NCBI GenBank assembly: GCA_964187785.1
Contig: OZ076409.1
Location: 39,682,001 to 39,742,000 of the forward strand
DNA length: 60,000 nt
Reading direction: 5' to 3'
From: Amphiscolops sp. MND2022
Lineage: Eukaryota
Positions 1 through 13,143 of this stretch are shown here, in pieces. Position 1 is the stretch's first letter. Every line of letters begins with the position of its first letter. The position numbers and the translations under genes were made by a program. The notes beneath the pieces are model-generated. The model was not told where the DNA came from. It saw only the letters and a program-made list of their open reading frames with translations, and did no database searches.

Positions 1-334
1 CCAACAAAAACAGGTATGACGACTGCTCCAGCTATAGACTGTTATCCATTGCTAGTCATATTGGCAAGCTTTTTGAGCGTTTTTTCCCTCTATCAGATAT
101 CATGGATCTTCGTCATCAATCGAGTGCCATGTGTATCATGTTGGGGGAAGACACACACCCGTGGTCTGCAACTAACGTAGGGAACCCCACACTAGCCACT
201 ATCCCAGTAACAAAAATACCAACCAACAAACTACTCATACCAGCCACTATCCCAGTCGACTGGTAGAAGAAGAAATCAATTAACCTTCGGGATGTGGCAG
301 TACAAATGAATCCAGAACAAAGTGAATAGTACAA
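1..334 (-). mobile_element. Fragment of a tandemly repeated LINE-type non-LTR retrotransposon
   Basis: 40-330 is a close duplicate of 3671-3990 (gttatccattgctagtcatattggcaagc...), which lies at the 5' side of the RT copy at 668-3990. Confidence 0.7.
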
Positions 335-667
335 GACGCCCGCTAAGCACCGGGATATTTTCCCTCCCTTTTCGCCTTCACCAACTGAGCCATAGCTGTT
401 TTGGGAGGGGGAATAGGGTCTAAAGAATTAGATTTTACCTTTAGTGATTTTAGATCTTATTCCCGTCCTGAAATTTTAGATCTTATTCTCCTTAGATCTT
501 ATTCCCATTTTTACTTTAGATACTATTCCCTACTCTCAGTAGGGAACTGCAACTGACCAGCTGTCCTTGACTATTTAGTTACTTGGCAGTAATTTGGCAG
601 AATTTGAAAAAAACGCAACACAGATGATGATTTTCCTCCCCCATTTTAAAATGAGAGGTCGGAAAAT

Positions 668-3600
668 AATAAATAGAATTTGACACAGAAGAAAGGCAGG
701 TGAGGATTGCAGGGTTATAAGAATTTATCGATGCTTGCAATAAAGGGGTGGCTGTAAATAGGTCGAATTTTTCTGGTCGAAAGGAGAGGTCGAACCTTTT
801 AATCGAATTGCAGGGATCGAATGGAATGCGGTCGAATTTAATCGTATTTGTTGTATGGCTCGGTCGCTTCGCTCCCTTCGCCAAGTAGCAACATTGAGGC
901 ATGGCAATATGGCACGTCGCTCCGCTCCGCTTCGCTCCTGCATTCAGGGCACTAGGGGTATGTGAACATATCTGACTACGTTATAAAAATTTCGATCCGA
1001 GTTGTTTCGATCTCATTCAAAAATTAGGTATGTCGACCTGAGGACTAACTCTGATTTTCGATCCCGTTCCTTCGAACGGTGGGGTATTTTTGGATCAAAT
1101 TTTTGTGTGAGCGAAAAGCGAGATCGAAGGTTTTGAGATCGATTTTTTCCGGTTTTGCTAGGTTTTTGCTCCTGTAAAGTGTTTAAAAGCGTTTAAAATT
1201 ATTTAGGTAGTTTTCCCCACCTAATATGGGATCATATACGGTGTATGCACGCTCGCCCTCACCGTCGCAAAGACCAGCTCCCACTACGATCGCTTCGCGA
1301 TCTCCGTTCCCGCTAGGTCTTTGCTCCTGTTCGACCTCGCTTAGCAAGATGGGAACATAAGCGGCCCCGAGGGGCCGCGGGGCATTAGAGGAAATGGGGG
1401 GCATATCCGACGGCCAAAAACATTGTTATTTGAAAACGCTAGGTATTTGAAAACATGGATTCGATCTCATTTTCTTTGACCATTTTACTTCGATCCCAGT
1501 GACAGATTGCATTTTCGCGCAAATTCATTCGATCCAAACGCCCACCGCCCCTTCGAACTATTTCCGCCCACCCGCAATAAAGCCAGCCAACGCGTTTATA
1601 GCATGCTTGTTTTCCCAATTTAGCAAACCAACTAGCGTTTCGTTAATGTTTTGATTTTGAAGCTCCTTAATGAAACTCCTTCGGTTCTTGGCATGAGACA
1701 CAGGAAAATAAGAAATGTGCAGTATCATCGACAACTCTACAATAAGGACAAATATCGGTTTTGCTCTTTTTACTTCTGAATAATACTTCGCGTACTTCAA
1801 AGTCATTCATTAGAACACGTTGCGTTTTGACAGAAACTTTCCTAGGTTATGGTGCAAGCATTTTCATGATGCTGTTTCTTACTTTAGGCCCTGAGGAATT
1901 TGAGTACATTAGAGCTTGCTTTATTTCTCTTTGCGATAAGTGCCTGCAATACTCATCCACCTCCTTCCTAAAAGTACTGACTGAGGATTGTCTAGCATAT
2001 TGTATGTATATTGCCTTAATTTCATCGGGGTCACGATTTGCCATTGAAAGTTTGTGTACCAGAAATAATCTCACCATATTAATATGTTGGGGTATGATTG
2101 CTAAATTACCTGGGTTTAGAATATCTGCACTTTTAGCAGTTGAATGTAGAAACATTAATACTTGATTAGTGTAGAGTAGAGAAGGAGGCCAAATATTACT
2201 TAAAACACTGACTACCTGTTTCGATACTTGGTAGTTTCTTATCCCAAAGGTAGATTTATGAACAATCCACCACATCTTGTCAAGAGATGTCATATTTTGA
2301 TGAAACCATATAGTCATAGAGTACGTTACACGTGGTTTCAGATATGAATCAAAGATACGTACATCGTGAAATGGATTTAATCCTTGCGTTATAAGTAAAC
2401 TAGTTTCCTTCCAGAAATTAACCACTGAGGCAGAGATAATGGCAGCATGTGTTTTGAAACTTAAATCTCTCTCAAACCATATGCCCAGTATTTTACTTCT
2501 CCCAACAAATTTATAGTCGGACTGAAATACTTCTTTTGAGAAAATTATATGTTCAGGTTTGTCTTCATTCAGCACCTGCCTCCATTTGTATGTATAGTTT
2601 TCCGCCTTTTCTAAAGATGTGCCTAAGTTTTTTTTGCTTGAAAGAAAAGTACTGTAATCTGCATACTTATATGTTAAGTCCGCATCTTAGAGGAAGCCCT
2701 TCATTAAAAATATAAACAAAAGTGGTGACAGTACAGCACCCTGAGGTAAACCATTAAGAGGGACAAATAACATGTCGATAAAATCATTGACTTGGATATT
2801 GACTTTCCGATTCGATAGAAAAGATTTTATAGTAGCTAACATTGGACCATTTAAATCACTGTTTAGTACCTTGCTTAGTAATAAAGTTTGATCTACGGAA
2901 TCAAAAGCTTTCTCTAGATCATATACTGTTGCTATTGGTAAATTTTCCATTTTTAAGATATCATGATATAATTTGTATCAGTAGTGCCAAGTTGACTTGC
3001 CTGGCTGAAAACCAACTTGTTGCTCATCAATGTCGAGGATATCTGATGATCTTAGTCTTCTATCTATCACTCGTTCAACTACTTTTCCTAAATGGGATGT
3101 AAGTGAAATACGTCTCCATGAAGATGGATTGGTATAATCAGTTTTGCCAGACTTTTTCAAGAAAATGACTATGGTTTTATCAAATGGCCAAATCCCCATA
3201 AAGAATGCACTGTTTACTTAGTGCAAACATATGCTAATGGTGTTAAATTTGAATTTCATTATTAGCTTAGGATGAAGGCCATAAAGATCCACGCCCTTGT
3301 TGTTTGTCTCCATTTTCTTTATGGCTTGTTTAAGTTCATCCATTGTAATACGCATGTTTAGATCATTCTTGACCTCCTCCTTGTAAAAATCCCCAACGGT
3401 GTGATCCAACTTCTCTTTCACTTCTTCTTTTGTTTTTTCATAAAAAGCGTCGTCAAATAGTTTACCAGTAAAGTGCACCATCGAAGAAAATACGTTGAAA
3501 GAGCGCAGCTTAATGGCAATCCTTTTCCAGTGTCTTACCCTTGTGACGAAGTACTTCTTTGTTATTTAAGTCCATTGAGCCATTGAAATTGCGGATATTA

Positions 3601-3990
3601 TCGAAAAATGTTTTGAGGTTTCTCTCATTCATTTCCATGATATCATGGATTTCCATGATCTTTTCCAACTGTTATCCTTTGCTAGTCATATTGGCAAGCT
3701 TTTTGAGCGTTTTTTCCCTCTATCAGATATCATGGATCTTCGTCATCAATCAAGTGCCATGTGTATCATCATGTTCGAAGAAGACACACACACCCGTGGT
3801 CTGCAACTAACGTAGGGAACCCCATATAAGCCACTATCCCAGTAACAAAAATACCAACCAACAAACTACTCATACCAGCCACCATCCCAGTCGACTGGTA
3901 GAAGAAGAACAAGAAGAAGAAATCAATGAACCTTCGGGATGTGGCAGTACAAAAGACTTTCTATCATTGATTCCAGAACAAAATAAATAG
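668..3990 (-). mobile_element. Degenerate LINE retrotransposon ORF2 (RT + C-terminal CCHC knuckle), interrupted by a MITE
   Basis: Broken ORFs with RT motifs WRRISLTSHLGKVVERVI, QQVGFQPGKST, YDLEKAFDSV and GLPQGAVLSPLLF; C-terminal CPYCRVVDDTAH; several stops and frameshifts. Confidence 0.85.
746..1573. mobile_element. Non-autonomous TIR DNA transposon (MITE) with 9-bp TSD, Mutator-like
   Basis: Imperfect ~22-bp TIRs gggtggctgtaaataggtcgaa / ttcgaactatttccgcccaccc; TSD gcaataaag at 737-745 and 1574-1582; empty site with a single gcaataaag at 4060-4068 in the sister LINE copy. Confidence 0.9.
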
Positions 3991-5056
3991 TATAAATAGA
4001 ATTTGACACAAAAGGAAGGCAGGTGAGGATTGCAGGGTTATAAGATTTAATCGATGCTTGCAATAAAGTCAGCCAACGCGTTTATAACATGCTTGTTTTC
4101 GCAATTCAGCAAACAAACTAGCGTTTCGTCAATGTTTTGATTTTGAAGCTCCTTAATGAAACTCCTTCGGTTCTTGGTATGAGACACAGGAAAATCAGAA
4201 ATGTGCAGTATCATCGACAACTCTACAATAGGGACAAATATCGGTTTTGCTCTTTTTACTTCTGAATAATACTTCGCGTACTTCAAAATCATTCACTAGA
4301 ACACGTAGCGTTTTGACAGAAACTTTCTTAGGATATGGTGCAAGCATTTTCATGATGCTGTTTCTTACTTTAAGCCCTGAGTAATTTGAGTACATTAGAG
4401 CTTGCTTTATTTCTCGTTGCCATAAGTGCCTGCAATACTCATCCATCTCCTTCTTAAAAGTATTGACTGAGGATTGTCTAGCATATTGTATGTATATTGC
4501 CTTAATTTCATATTACGATTTACAATTGAAAGTTTGTGTACCAGAAAGAATCTCACCATATTAATATGCTGGGGTATGATTGCTAAATTACCTGGGTTTA
4601 GAATATCTGCAATTCTACCAGTTGAATGTAGAAACATTAATACTTGACTTGTGTAGAGTAGAGAAGGAGGCCAAATATTACTTAAAACACTGACTACGTG
4701 TTTCGATATTTGGTTTTTTTCCCAAAGATAGATTTATGAACACTCCACCGCATTCTGTCCAGAGATGTCATATTTTGATGAAACCATATAGTCATACAGT
4801 ACGTTACACGTGGTTTCACATATGAATCAAAGATACGTACAGCGTAAATGGATTTAATCCTTGCGTTATAAGTATACTAGTTTCCTTCCAGAAATTAACC
4901 ACTGAGGCAGAGATAATGGCAGCATGTGTTTTGAAACTCAAATCTCGCTCAAACAATTGTCCCAGCATTTTACTTCTCTCAACAATCTTATAGTCGGACT
5001 GAAATGAAATTTGTATGTTCAGTTTTGTCTTTATTCAGCACCTGCCCCTCATTTGC
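3991..5056 (-). mobile_element. Second, truncated copy of the 3' part of the same LINE
   Basis: High similarity to 668-745 + 1574-2590; the translated ORFs are near-identical. Confidence 0.85.
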
Positions 5057-5063
5057 ATTAATT

Positions 5064-6496
5064 ATACCAATTAATTGAGTATTTTTTAAGTCTCATATAC
5101 AAATGCCAAATAAAAAAATTAAAAACCCAAATACCAAATACATCGACAATGCCCAAAGTGGACAATGTAGAAACATGGGACAAAGATGTTAGAAAGAATT
5201 TGGGAGCCATCCCATCAGTGAATAGCTGAAAATCCACTGAAACATTAACAACAACAACAATACCAAATACAAATACCAAATGCATGATACTTTTGTCACA
5301 ACAACTGTTCCAGGTTATTGCAATGAGCAACGAAGGCGAGAGCGAAATTATACGCAATGGTGATTCTAATACAAAGTGGGTGGGCAGAAATAGGTCGAAG
5401 GAACGGGATCGAAAATCAGAGTTAGTCCTCGGGTCGACATACCAAATATTTGAATGGGATCAAAACAACTGGGATCGAAAGTTTGATTTTTGGGAAACAA
5501 ATCGAAATGCCGCAGATGGAATTTTCTAGAATAGTATAAAACCTGTATCGGATATGTCCCCATTTCCCCTAGTGCCCGGCGGCCCCTTGGTGCCGCTTAT
5601 GTTCCCATCTTGCTATGCGAGGTCCAACAGGAGCAAAGGCCTAGCGGGAACGGAGATCGCGAAGCGATCGTAGTGGGAGCAGGTCTTTGCGACGGTGAGG
5701 GCGAGCGTGCATACACAGCATATGCCCCACATTATGGTAGTCAATCGACTTTAGGCAAACAAAGAACGTTTTTGACCCGAAGGCTTCGATCAAATTCGAC
5801 CGCATTCTATTCGATCCCTGCAATTTAATCAAAAGGTTCGACCTTTGCCCTTTTGACCAGAAAAATTTGACCTATTTACAGCCACCCATACAAAGTCTGA
5901 TATACAATGTGATTCCGATACAAAGTGGATGTTAAATAAATCCACCAACGGCATTTATCGGCGCTTCATGTGTGAATTTAAAAACGGTCGTAAAACATGT
6001 ATGAGAAAGTGTATTCGATGCGAAACTGTTGGTTTCATGCATTCCACTTCCCTGTTTCGCGCACTTTATTGCAAGAAGTACGTTTTCTTGGCAAAACATA
6101 AGCCTTTGTTTCAGTAATTGACATAGTTGACAATGTTTGACGATTGTTTTTTCAATTCAATTATCTCAATTATGATAATACTCTACTCTCTATCTTTGCT
6201 GTTATATGCATTTTTTGTATTGTACAGTTTTCTGTATAATTCGTTACTTTAATCATTTTACTTAAATCATTTTTCGACAAATCTATCGATGAAATTAGTC
6301 AAATAATTTGTCGGTGATATAGTTGTCGACGAAATATCCCGGACCCAACCCAAATACCAAATGCAAATAGTGGATTTTGAGAAATACAAATACCAAATAC
6401 AAATACTGGTGAAGGTGAAGACCCAAATACCAAACCCCAATAGTAACGAACCAAATAAACAAATATCAAATACTTGCTGACCCAATTAATTGGAAT
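5064..6496. repeat. Probable non-autonomous element with short inverted termini and (aaatacc)-rich repeats; hosts a MITE
   Basis: ccaattaattgagt (5067-5080) and acccaattaattgg (6480-6493) are inverted (13/14 match); aaataccaaatac repeats at ~5100-5280 and ~6350-6470; no TSD visible. Confidence 0.4.
5378..5887. mobile_element. Second copy of the 9-bp-TSD MITE (opposite orientation, internally deleted)
   Basis: Termini gggtgggcagaaataggtcgaa ... cctatttacagccaccc; TSD atacaaagt at 5369-5377 and 5888-5896; internal sequence is the reverse complement of 746-1573. Confidence 0.9.
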
Positions 6497-9050
6497 CCCT
6501 GTTCCCGGGTCGCATAAAGAGCCTTCATTCAGGCGAGTGGGTGCAAGAGCATCCACAACCGTGACATCTCACACCAGCTGTTTACCCACTTCCCAAGGAA
6601 TCATGGTAACACCGTCTGGGCGTTTGACATCGGTTCGGTACAGTCCACGCGGTTCGAGCATTGAAGGCAAGTCGAGAGATCCGCTTTATGAGAGAATTGA
6701 GAATAGCATTACGTGAGAAGCGACAAGAACTCTTGGTGCAAGAAAGACCGTGTAAACCGTCCCGTTCAACTCTTTTACCACAGTTGCGTGTATGCAAATG
6801 TTGGCCCCGAGACGTAAACCAATTGAAATCCGAAGTTGCTGATCATCAAGTTTCAGGTTCTTACAGGGAACGACGTTCAGCCATTGAGATCCGATTTTGC
6901 CTTGATGAGCGTTGAAAATTTTCGAACGTTTGTCATCCATTCTAGAAATCAATTCTTGCGTGGTTTTGATGAAAACAGGTTGTGACCAATTTTTCTGGCT
7001 TCGATCGAGAGGACTTTCCTGTTCATTCGGTAAACTCAACCATTCCTCAAGCGCTTTTGTAAATGAACATCTTCGAATGTTTCCGAGAAAATTGTCGTGC
7101 GAAAGTCACTCGCACCAAACGCTGAGGCGAAAAAGGCGGGAAGTGCTAATAATGATGCGGATGACACCCCAAGACCACCCATTTCAGCGGGCAGAGCCAG
7201 CTGAAAACTCGAAATAACGTCGAAGTTCACGTTACACACTTTGAAATGCCCGTTGCGTACGGTTTTGTTATGCTTTTCCAAGAGAGCTGGGTGATTAAAA
7301 CATGTACTGATTCTCAGGAAGTACAACTTTGGCAGACTGAAGCATTTTTTCAACATAAAAAAACCATAGTGGGCATCTAGTTTTTCATCAATTCCAGTAA
7401 CTTTTTCAGTTCATTGATTTTCTTTTCTAATAAGTCTGCTTGTGATTTCGGGCCGAGCAATGAAGCAAGAATGATAAGTCCATCTTTCTTTGGTGTTTTG
7501 ATCCCAGGGCAAAATTTTAGAAAAATGCTAAAATTGTCGATCGTCGTTTTTCAGTGCTGTCCTGAAGGCAACGAATTTCATATTTCGTGTGTTTAATTTT
7601 GAGTCCCAGCAATTTCTCCGCTTCAACAATTTGTTTGAGATCTTTCAAACTGGTTCTGTAATCATCACTTAAAATTCCATCGTCCAGGTACCATAAGTTT
7701 ATTTTCCACTACAAACTGTCAATGAGATCCTGAATGGAATCCGAAATAAAAACTGGAGGCTCATAATCTCCTTGCTGGGTCCCTTAACAAGATTTGATTA
7801 CTGAATCACCTTAAAAAAGAAAACTTGGTTGACCGTACGCCAAGTGTGAGTACCTATAAAGTTCAGGGCGTATTTCAAAAGTTTTCTCCAGCATGAATTG
7901 TCGGTTATTCGAATTGAAAACGTTTTCAAAGTCAATTTTCAAAATTACGTTCTCTTTGGGCTGGGGGCTTTCTATCAAACAACGGAAAACATGTGAGGCC
8001 AATTCAGCGCCCTTTTTGGTGCCTACGCCTACTTGTCGGCTTCCGTATCTTGCCTGACGTGATTCGAAGCCATGGTATCCGGCGCATTTTGCGGATAACC
8101 AGTGGAAAGTATTGCCTATAGCAAAAAGACGAAGTCCTCCATCAGGCTTTTTCAGCGCAATTAAATTCGCGCAAAAGAAGTACGGCCGAAGTTCGAAAAG
8201 TACTTTTCCTTCGAGAATCACATTCACAAAACTCGTTAAGGCTCTGAGAAAATTCAGTCCAGTTTGCCCGTTAGACTTGGCAGTCGAGTCTTTCAAAATT
8301 TTTGGCCAAATGCCATCCAACCCTGAACTAGAGCCATTGGGGAAGGACATGAAAGCCTTGTGGTCTAAAAACTCCGAGGTTGAAAAACCATCAAAATCTG
8401 TCCGGAACTGAGAAAGTTTCCCTTTGCGGATGTTTCAGCTTGAGGGCCGCGTAGTTGTCGACCGTGAACTCTGCAATCTTGTCGTCGCCTACAGCCAATC
8501 TGATTCCGGCCTTAACATTATCTTCGTCTAATTTAGTGCAAATGGAAAGCAGTCGTCGATCTAACTCGTTTTCTACTGCGCTCCTCTGTCGCCTTTGGGT
8601 CTTTTCTCAATGACACCATCCCGAATACGCTTGTTGATTATTGCACTGAGTGATGACCTCTGACGTTTACCTCCTTGAGGTGGTTTTGCCAAAAAACAGC
8701 TTAGAGAGGAAAGCAATATGCACCACAAGGCAATATTTTTCGGGGTAGCACAAATATCAATAATTTTGGGTATCAAGTTTTCAACTAGAGTGTTCCGTGA
8801 ATTTTTCGGAACTCTTTTCAAATGAACAACGCCTTAATTAAAAAGCGTGTCTGGTCCAAAGTTATCATCGTGACACTGTGAGGGATTGTGTACACTAAAG
8901 AGCATCAACAACGTTTAAATTCGGCAAGGCTTTGGGCCTCCGTTTTTGATAAATTGGCGCATTTCATATTGACCCATCCGTTGCAAAGCCTACAATTTAC
9001 CCAGTCTATCAACCCTGAGGGCTTCAGACACTTCAGAGCCTTGCAGGTTT
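6497..9050 (-). mobile_element. Degenerate CRE-clade non-LTR retrotransposon (N-terminal PHD-like finger, RT, restriction-like endonuclease)
   Basis: KKPDGGLRLFAIG, QVGVGTKKGAE, LKIDFENVFNS and LPAEMGGLGV motifs; HGLSC..RPDGVT..PW RLE region at ~6560-6760; DWVNCRLCNGWVNMKCANL at ~8950-9010. Confidence 0.8.
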
Positions 9051-9550
9051 CATTATTTTTCATCATAACTCAACCTCGAAACTTAACCAATTTGCAGGAA
9101 TACCACATTTGGGTGTGTGCCAGTTTCCCCAAAAAAACAATCACAACAACAGTGAAGCAATCTGTGAATGAAAAAAACCATGAAGCGTATGCTTTGCAAT
9201 AGTGCAGTAGACAAAACCATTTTCTGGAAAACAATGTGCTCGCGGACGAACAAGGTTCCAGAAGAAAACGAAACATTGTCAGACCGTTATACAGGCTACA
9301 TCTCAACCAAGAACTCTAGAATTACGAAAACACCAACTGCGAAATTGATCTAGAAAAGTCCCTCGACAGTGTGTGGATTGATGGCTTACTATTTGAACTT
9401 AGACATTATCAGGTGAATGGCAAAATGTACTTCATCATACGAACCTTTCTGCAGAACAGAGAGGCGATCATTGAGTTATCTGTCTATCTTTCACCTGCCT
9501 TTAAGATAGACATTGGTGTCCCTCAAGGTAGTGTCCTGCCACCACTACTA
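9051..9550 (+). mobile_element. LINE RT fragment
   Basis: DLEKSLDSVWIDGLL and GVPQGSVLPPLL motifs. Confidence 0.7.
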
Positions 9551-9569
9551 GTTGTTGTGATAAACTTGC

Positions 9570-12500
9570 ATGCTACACGTGGCCAGGACGCTTGCCTAGC
9601 AAAACCCACAAGTGTGAAAAATGTGCAACCTGTGTGGCCGACAACTCTGATGAAGTACAGTGCTCAAAGTGCGTGAACTGGTTTCATCTGGCTTGTAGTG
9701 ACGTGACGACAGAATTGGATCCCCATCTCGAAAGAATCGAGGGATGCCTATGGGTCTGCGAGTCCTGTTTACAACTGGTCGAGTACGATCTACAACAACC
9801 AGGTGGGACCAAACCTAATATTGATTCCATTAAGGATTGTGTTGATTCGACTGTTGAAGCATCTATAAAGCCTCTTCATAATAAGATTGCGCAATTATCA
9901 AAAATAATGTCAGAGTGTAAAGAGGAAATTGCCAAACACCAAATCCAAGTGCAGGAAAAAATCATTCATATTCCTCGTTTCCAGATAGAAGATGATACTA
10001 GTTTGCAAATTAAAATTGACAATATACTCGAGGCCGATAAAGATCAGAAACAAACTTTGAACTACGAAGAAGAAAAAGTGAGCAGTATCATGGAATTCCT
10101 CAGTGAAAATCCAACTGTTATCGGAATTGACGTGTTGGAAAGTTTGATCCTCTCAAGGAGCGACCACGATCAATGATTGTGACGCTCAATAGCCCATGGG
10201 ATATCAGGAAAATCTTAGCAAACGCACATGAACTCAAAAATTTTCCGGAAAAACGAACTAATAACTTATGAGGAAAGACAAGTGGAAAGAACTCTACTAT
10301 ATAAACGCCAAGAGCTTAGTTGGACGAAATGGTTGATTACATACCAAATTAGACGTTAATATATTCAGTTGCCAAAGTATTTATTTAGCCGATTCACGGC
10401 ATATTGTTGCCACCTGTATCTACCAAAATGCCAGACATATGCTAGACATATGATCTTAACAGAAACATGGCTAACAAAGGAAAAAATGGATGGCGAACTT
10501 CATTTACCCCATTATTGTCTAATACGAGCAGAAAGGGAAAGCAACCTCAGCGCAACTGCCCATGGTGATGTTCTAATAGCAATCCACAAAGACCTCAAGT
10601 ATTCCCCAGTCACTTTACCCACTGAATTACAAGTCTCATGTGCGGCTGCAGCGTTTATAGAACTGCACAAAAAACAACTTGTATTGCTTGCATATACAAC
10701 CCACCTGATAAAAGTACGTACCGTCTACCTATAAACGAGTGATCCTCTTTTTTCAAACCATTTAAAACCAGACAGCCGATTGGATTATGATAACGGGTGA
10801 TTTTATAAGGAAAAAGACAAATTGGGCTTCTATGACCTCAAGTGATCGGTATGAATAAAAGATCTTTGATGAATTGGATAGACTCAACTTTACACAAAAA
10901 ATAGGTTTATCCACCACCGAGCGGAACACCCTGGATCTTTTGTTTGTCAAAAACCCTGACTAAGTAGACGCTGCACGAGTACGAATCGAATTTAAGAATT
11001 CTTGTGAAAATAAGTTCATTTTCCCATACCTTTCACAGTTTGTTTGCTATCTACTAGACATGAATTCCAACCCAGCCCAATTTCTTCTACCAATTATTCT
11101 TGAAACAGATGTGATTACGACATAATGAAAGCACTTATAATTGAACAACCTTTCTTGCCCAAGTGTTGTAGCAACTGTGACCAAAAACTTGAAGAATGGT
11201 ATGCTTGGATTTCTGAAAAGCTGGACTCAACCACCCCAAGGCGAACGCAACACAGAAGAAAGCTCCCCCCATGGATTACACCTGGTACCTCCAATCTAAT
11301 GAATAGACTCTTCATTGTCAAAAAAGTGTATGAAAAACATCCAAACAGTATTTCAAAACGATATCGTTATGAGCTGAAAAACAATGAGATTGATAATGCA
11401 CTTGCTGAAGATCTCGTTGCATATCAAGAGAAACTCCTTGCCTCCAAAAGTGGATAATTATTGTTTAAACACTTCAGACAGCTAAAGCGCACTGCCATGT
11501 CGCCGCACCTAGAAGGAAGGACGAGTCTGCAAGAAGATTTAAAGCCCGAGCTAATTTACTAATAAAGTACTTTGCAACTATTTATCGAGAAACCAGTGCA
11601 ATAACAATGCCAGATTACACTGAATTGGGATCTTTTGACTTGAAACTTTGTCGAGATGAGTTAAGTCAAAGTGCAAAGAATTTAGTAATATCTAAAGCGC
11701 GAGGCCATGATGCTATCCCCTCTATACTGTATGTTAGGTCGGCAGATACACTTATTCATCCGCTCTACAATGTTTATCGGAATCTTGTTCGAACTTTTAT
11801 ATTCCCTTTGAAATGGGAGGAAGCCGAAGTGATTCCAGTATTCAAGAAAGGTTCGCAGACAAAAGTCGAAAATAATCACGCAATAAGTTTGTTAAACATT
11901 GGTAGCAAAACTTTTGAGATGATTATATTCCAGCGATTATTGGACATCTACGACCCCCATATGCAGGAGCGACAATATGGTTTCAGAACTGGTAGATACC
12001 CAATCTTGAGACTGCTGATAACGCTAAGTGAGATAAATTCCAATATTCAGAATGTTGAATGCCTTACACTCTTCTTATTCGACTTTCAGAAGGCGCTTGA
12101 TACGATCATATACGACATTCTTTGAAAAATGCAAAAACGTGAACTCTGTGCCGAACTTTAAAAACTCCTTTAATCATATCTCTGTCATCGCTATTTGAAG
12201 GTCCAAATTGATCTGGTTTTATCTGAGGCCAGTCAAGTTGAGAAAGAAATTCCTCAGGGTTCCTTTCTTGGTTCATTCTTTTTTGTGTTAATTATCGACA
12301 ATTTACCGAATGATATTGTATATATCTCTTCATACCTGTTTGATGACTACCTTTTTTCATTGTACACAGGACCCAACAACCCAGCCAATTGTTTAAAGTC
12401 TAATTTATGCCAACTTCAAACTTGGAGTGAAAAAAAAATGTTATTTTTCAATGTCAAAAAGTGCCAATATCTTATTCTCAAAGGTTCTCTAGGCTTTGAG

Positions 12501-12588
12501 CCAGAACTGTACAACGAGAAGACGAGAAGTTGATAAAAACGGAAGTATTACGGATTTAGGGCTCGTTGTAAATAACAATTTGAGATGG
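9570..12588 (+). mobile_element. Degenerate CR1/L2-group LINE: PHD-finger ORF1, APE endonuclease, RT; runs into the assembly gap
   Basis: ORF1 CEKC...VQCSKCVNWFHLACS...WVCESC; ILTETWL endonuclease motif; PPWIT; VIPVFKKG, QYGFRTG, DFQKALD and IPQGSFLG RT motifs; many stops. Confidence 0.85.
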
Positions 12589-12788
12589 NNNNNNNNNNNN
12601 NNNNNNNNNNNNNNNNNNNNNNNNNNNNNNNNNNNNNNNNNNNNNNNNNNNNNNNNNNNNNNNNNNNNNNNNNNNNNNNNNNNNNNNNNNNNNNNNNNNN
12701 NNNNNNNNNNNNNNNNNNNNNNNNNNNNNNNNNNNNNNNNNNNNNNNNNNNNNNNNNNNNNNNNNNNNNNNNNNNNNNNNNNNNNNNN
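12589..12788. other. Assembly gap (200 N)
   Basis: Run of N; the flanks are not necessarily contiguous in the genome. Confidence 0.99.
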
Positions 12789-13143
12789 CGAGGAACCTAT
12801 TTTTTACCATTGAACTTGTGACGTTTGTAAAATTTGAAGTACGTTTTCTTTTACCGCTAATGATCAAGGGGCTTCCGATGAATTTTTTGGTGTGAATTGT
12901 ATTGGAAAATTTATTCCATTCAAATTTTGATTTATGATTACATAGTAATTGAATTCTTCAAACCAAACCTAATTTTTGCGTTACGAAATCTACTTTGGAA
13001 TGGTTTAAAATTAGGTTCAAGCTTTCGTCAGGATTTTAAAATCAAAATTGTTCCAGTGGAAACTTAGTAACAACATTTTAAACTATCACGTACACTAAAA
13101 CCAATGCCACAAAAGTCTAAAAATTTGTCATTCCCTTTCAACG

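Noticed and set aside
1183..1404. ORF repeated at 5610-5828 as a duplicated gene
   Set aside because: It lies inside the non-coding MITE, and the reading frames diverge between copies.
12496..12867. ORFs spanning the N run
   Set aside because: Artefacts of the assembly gap.
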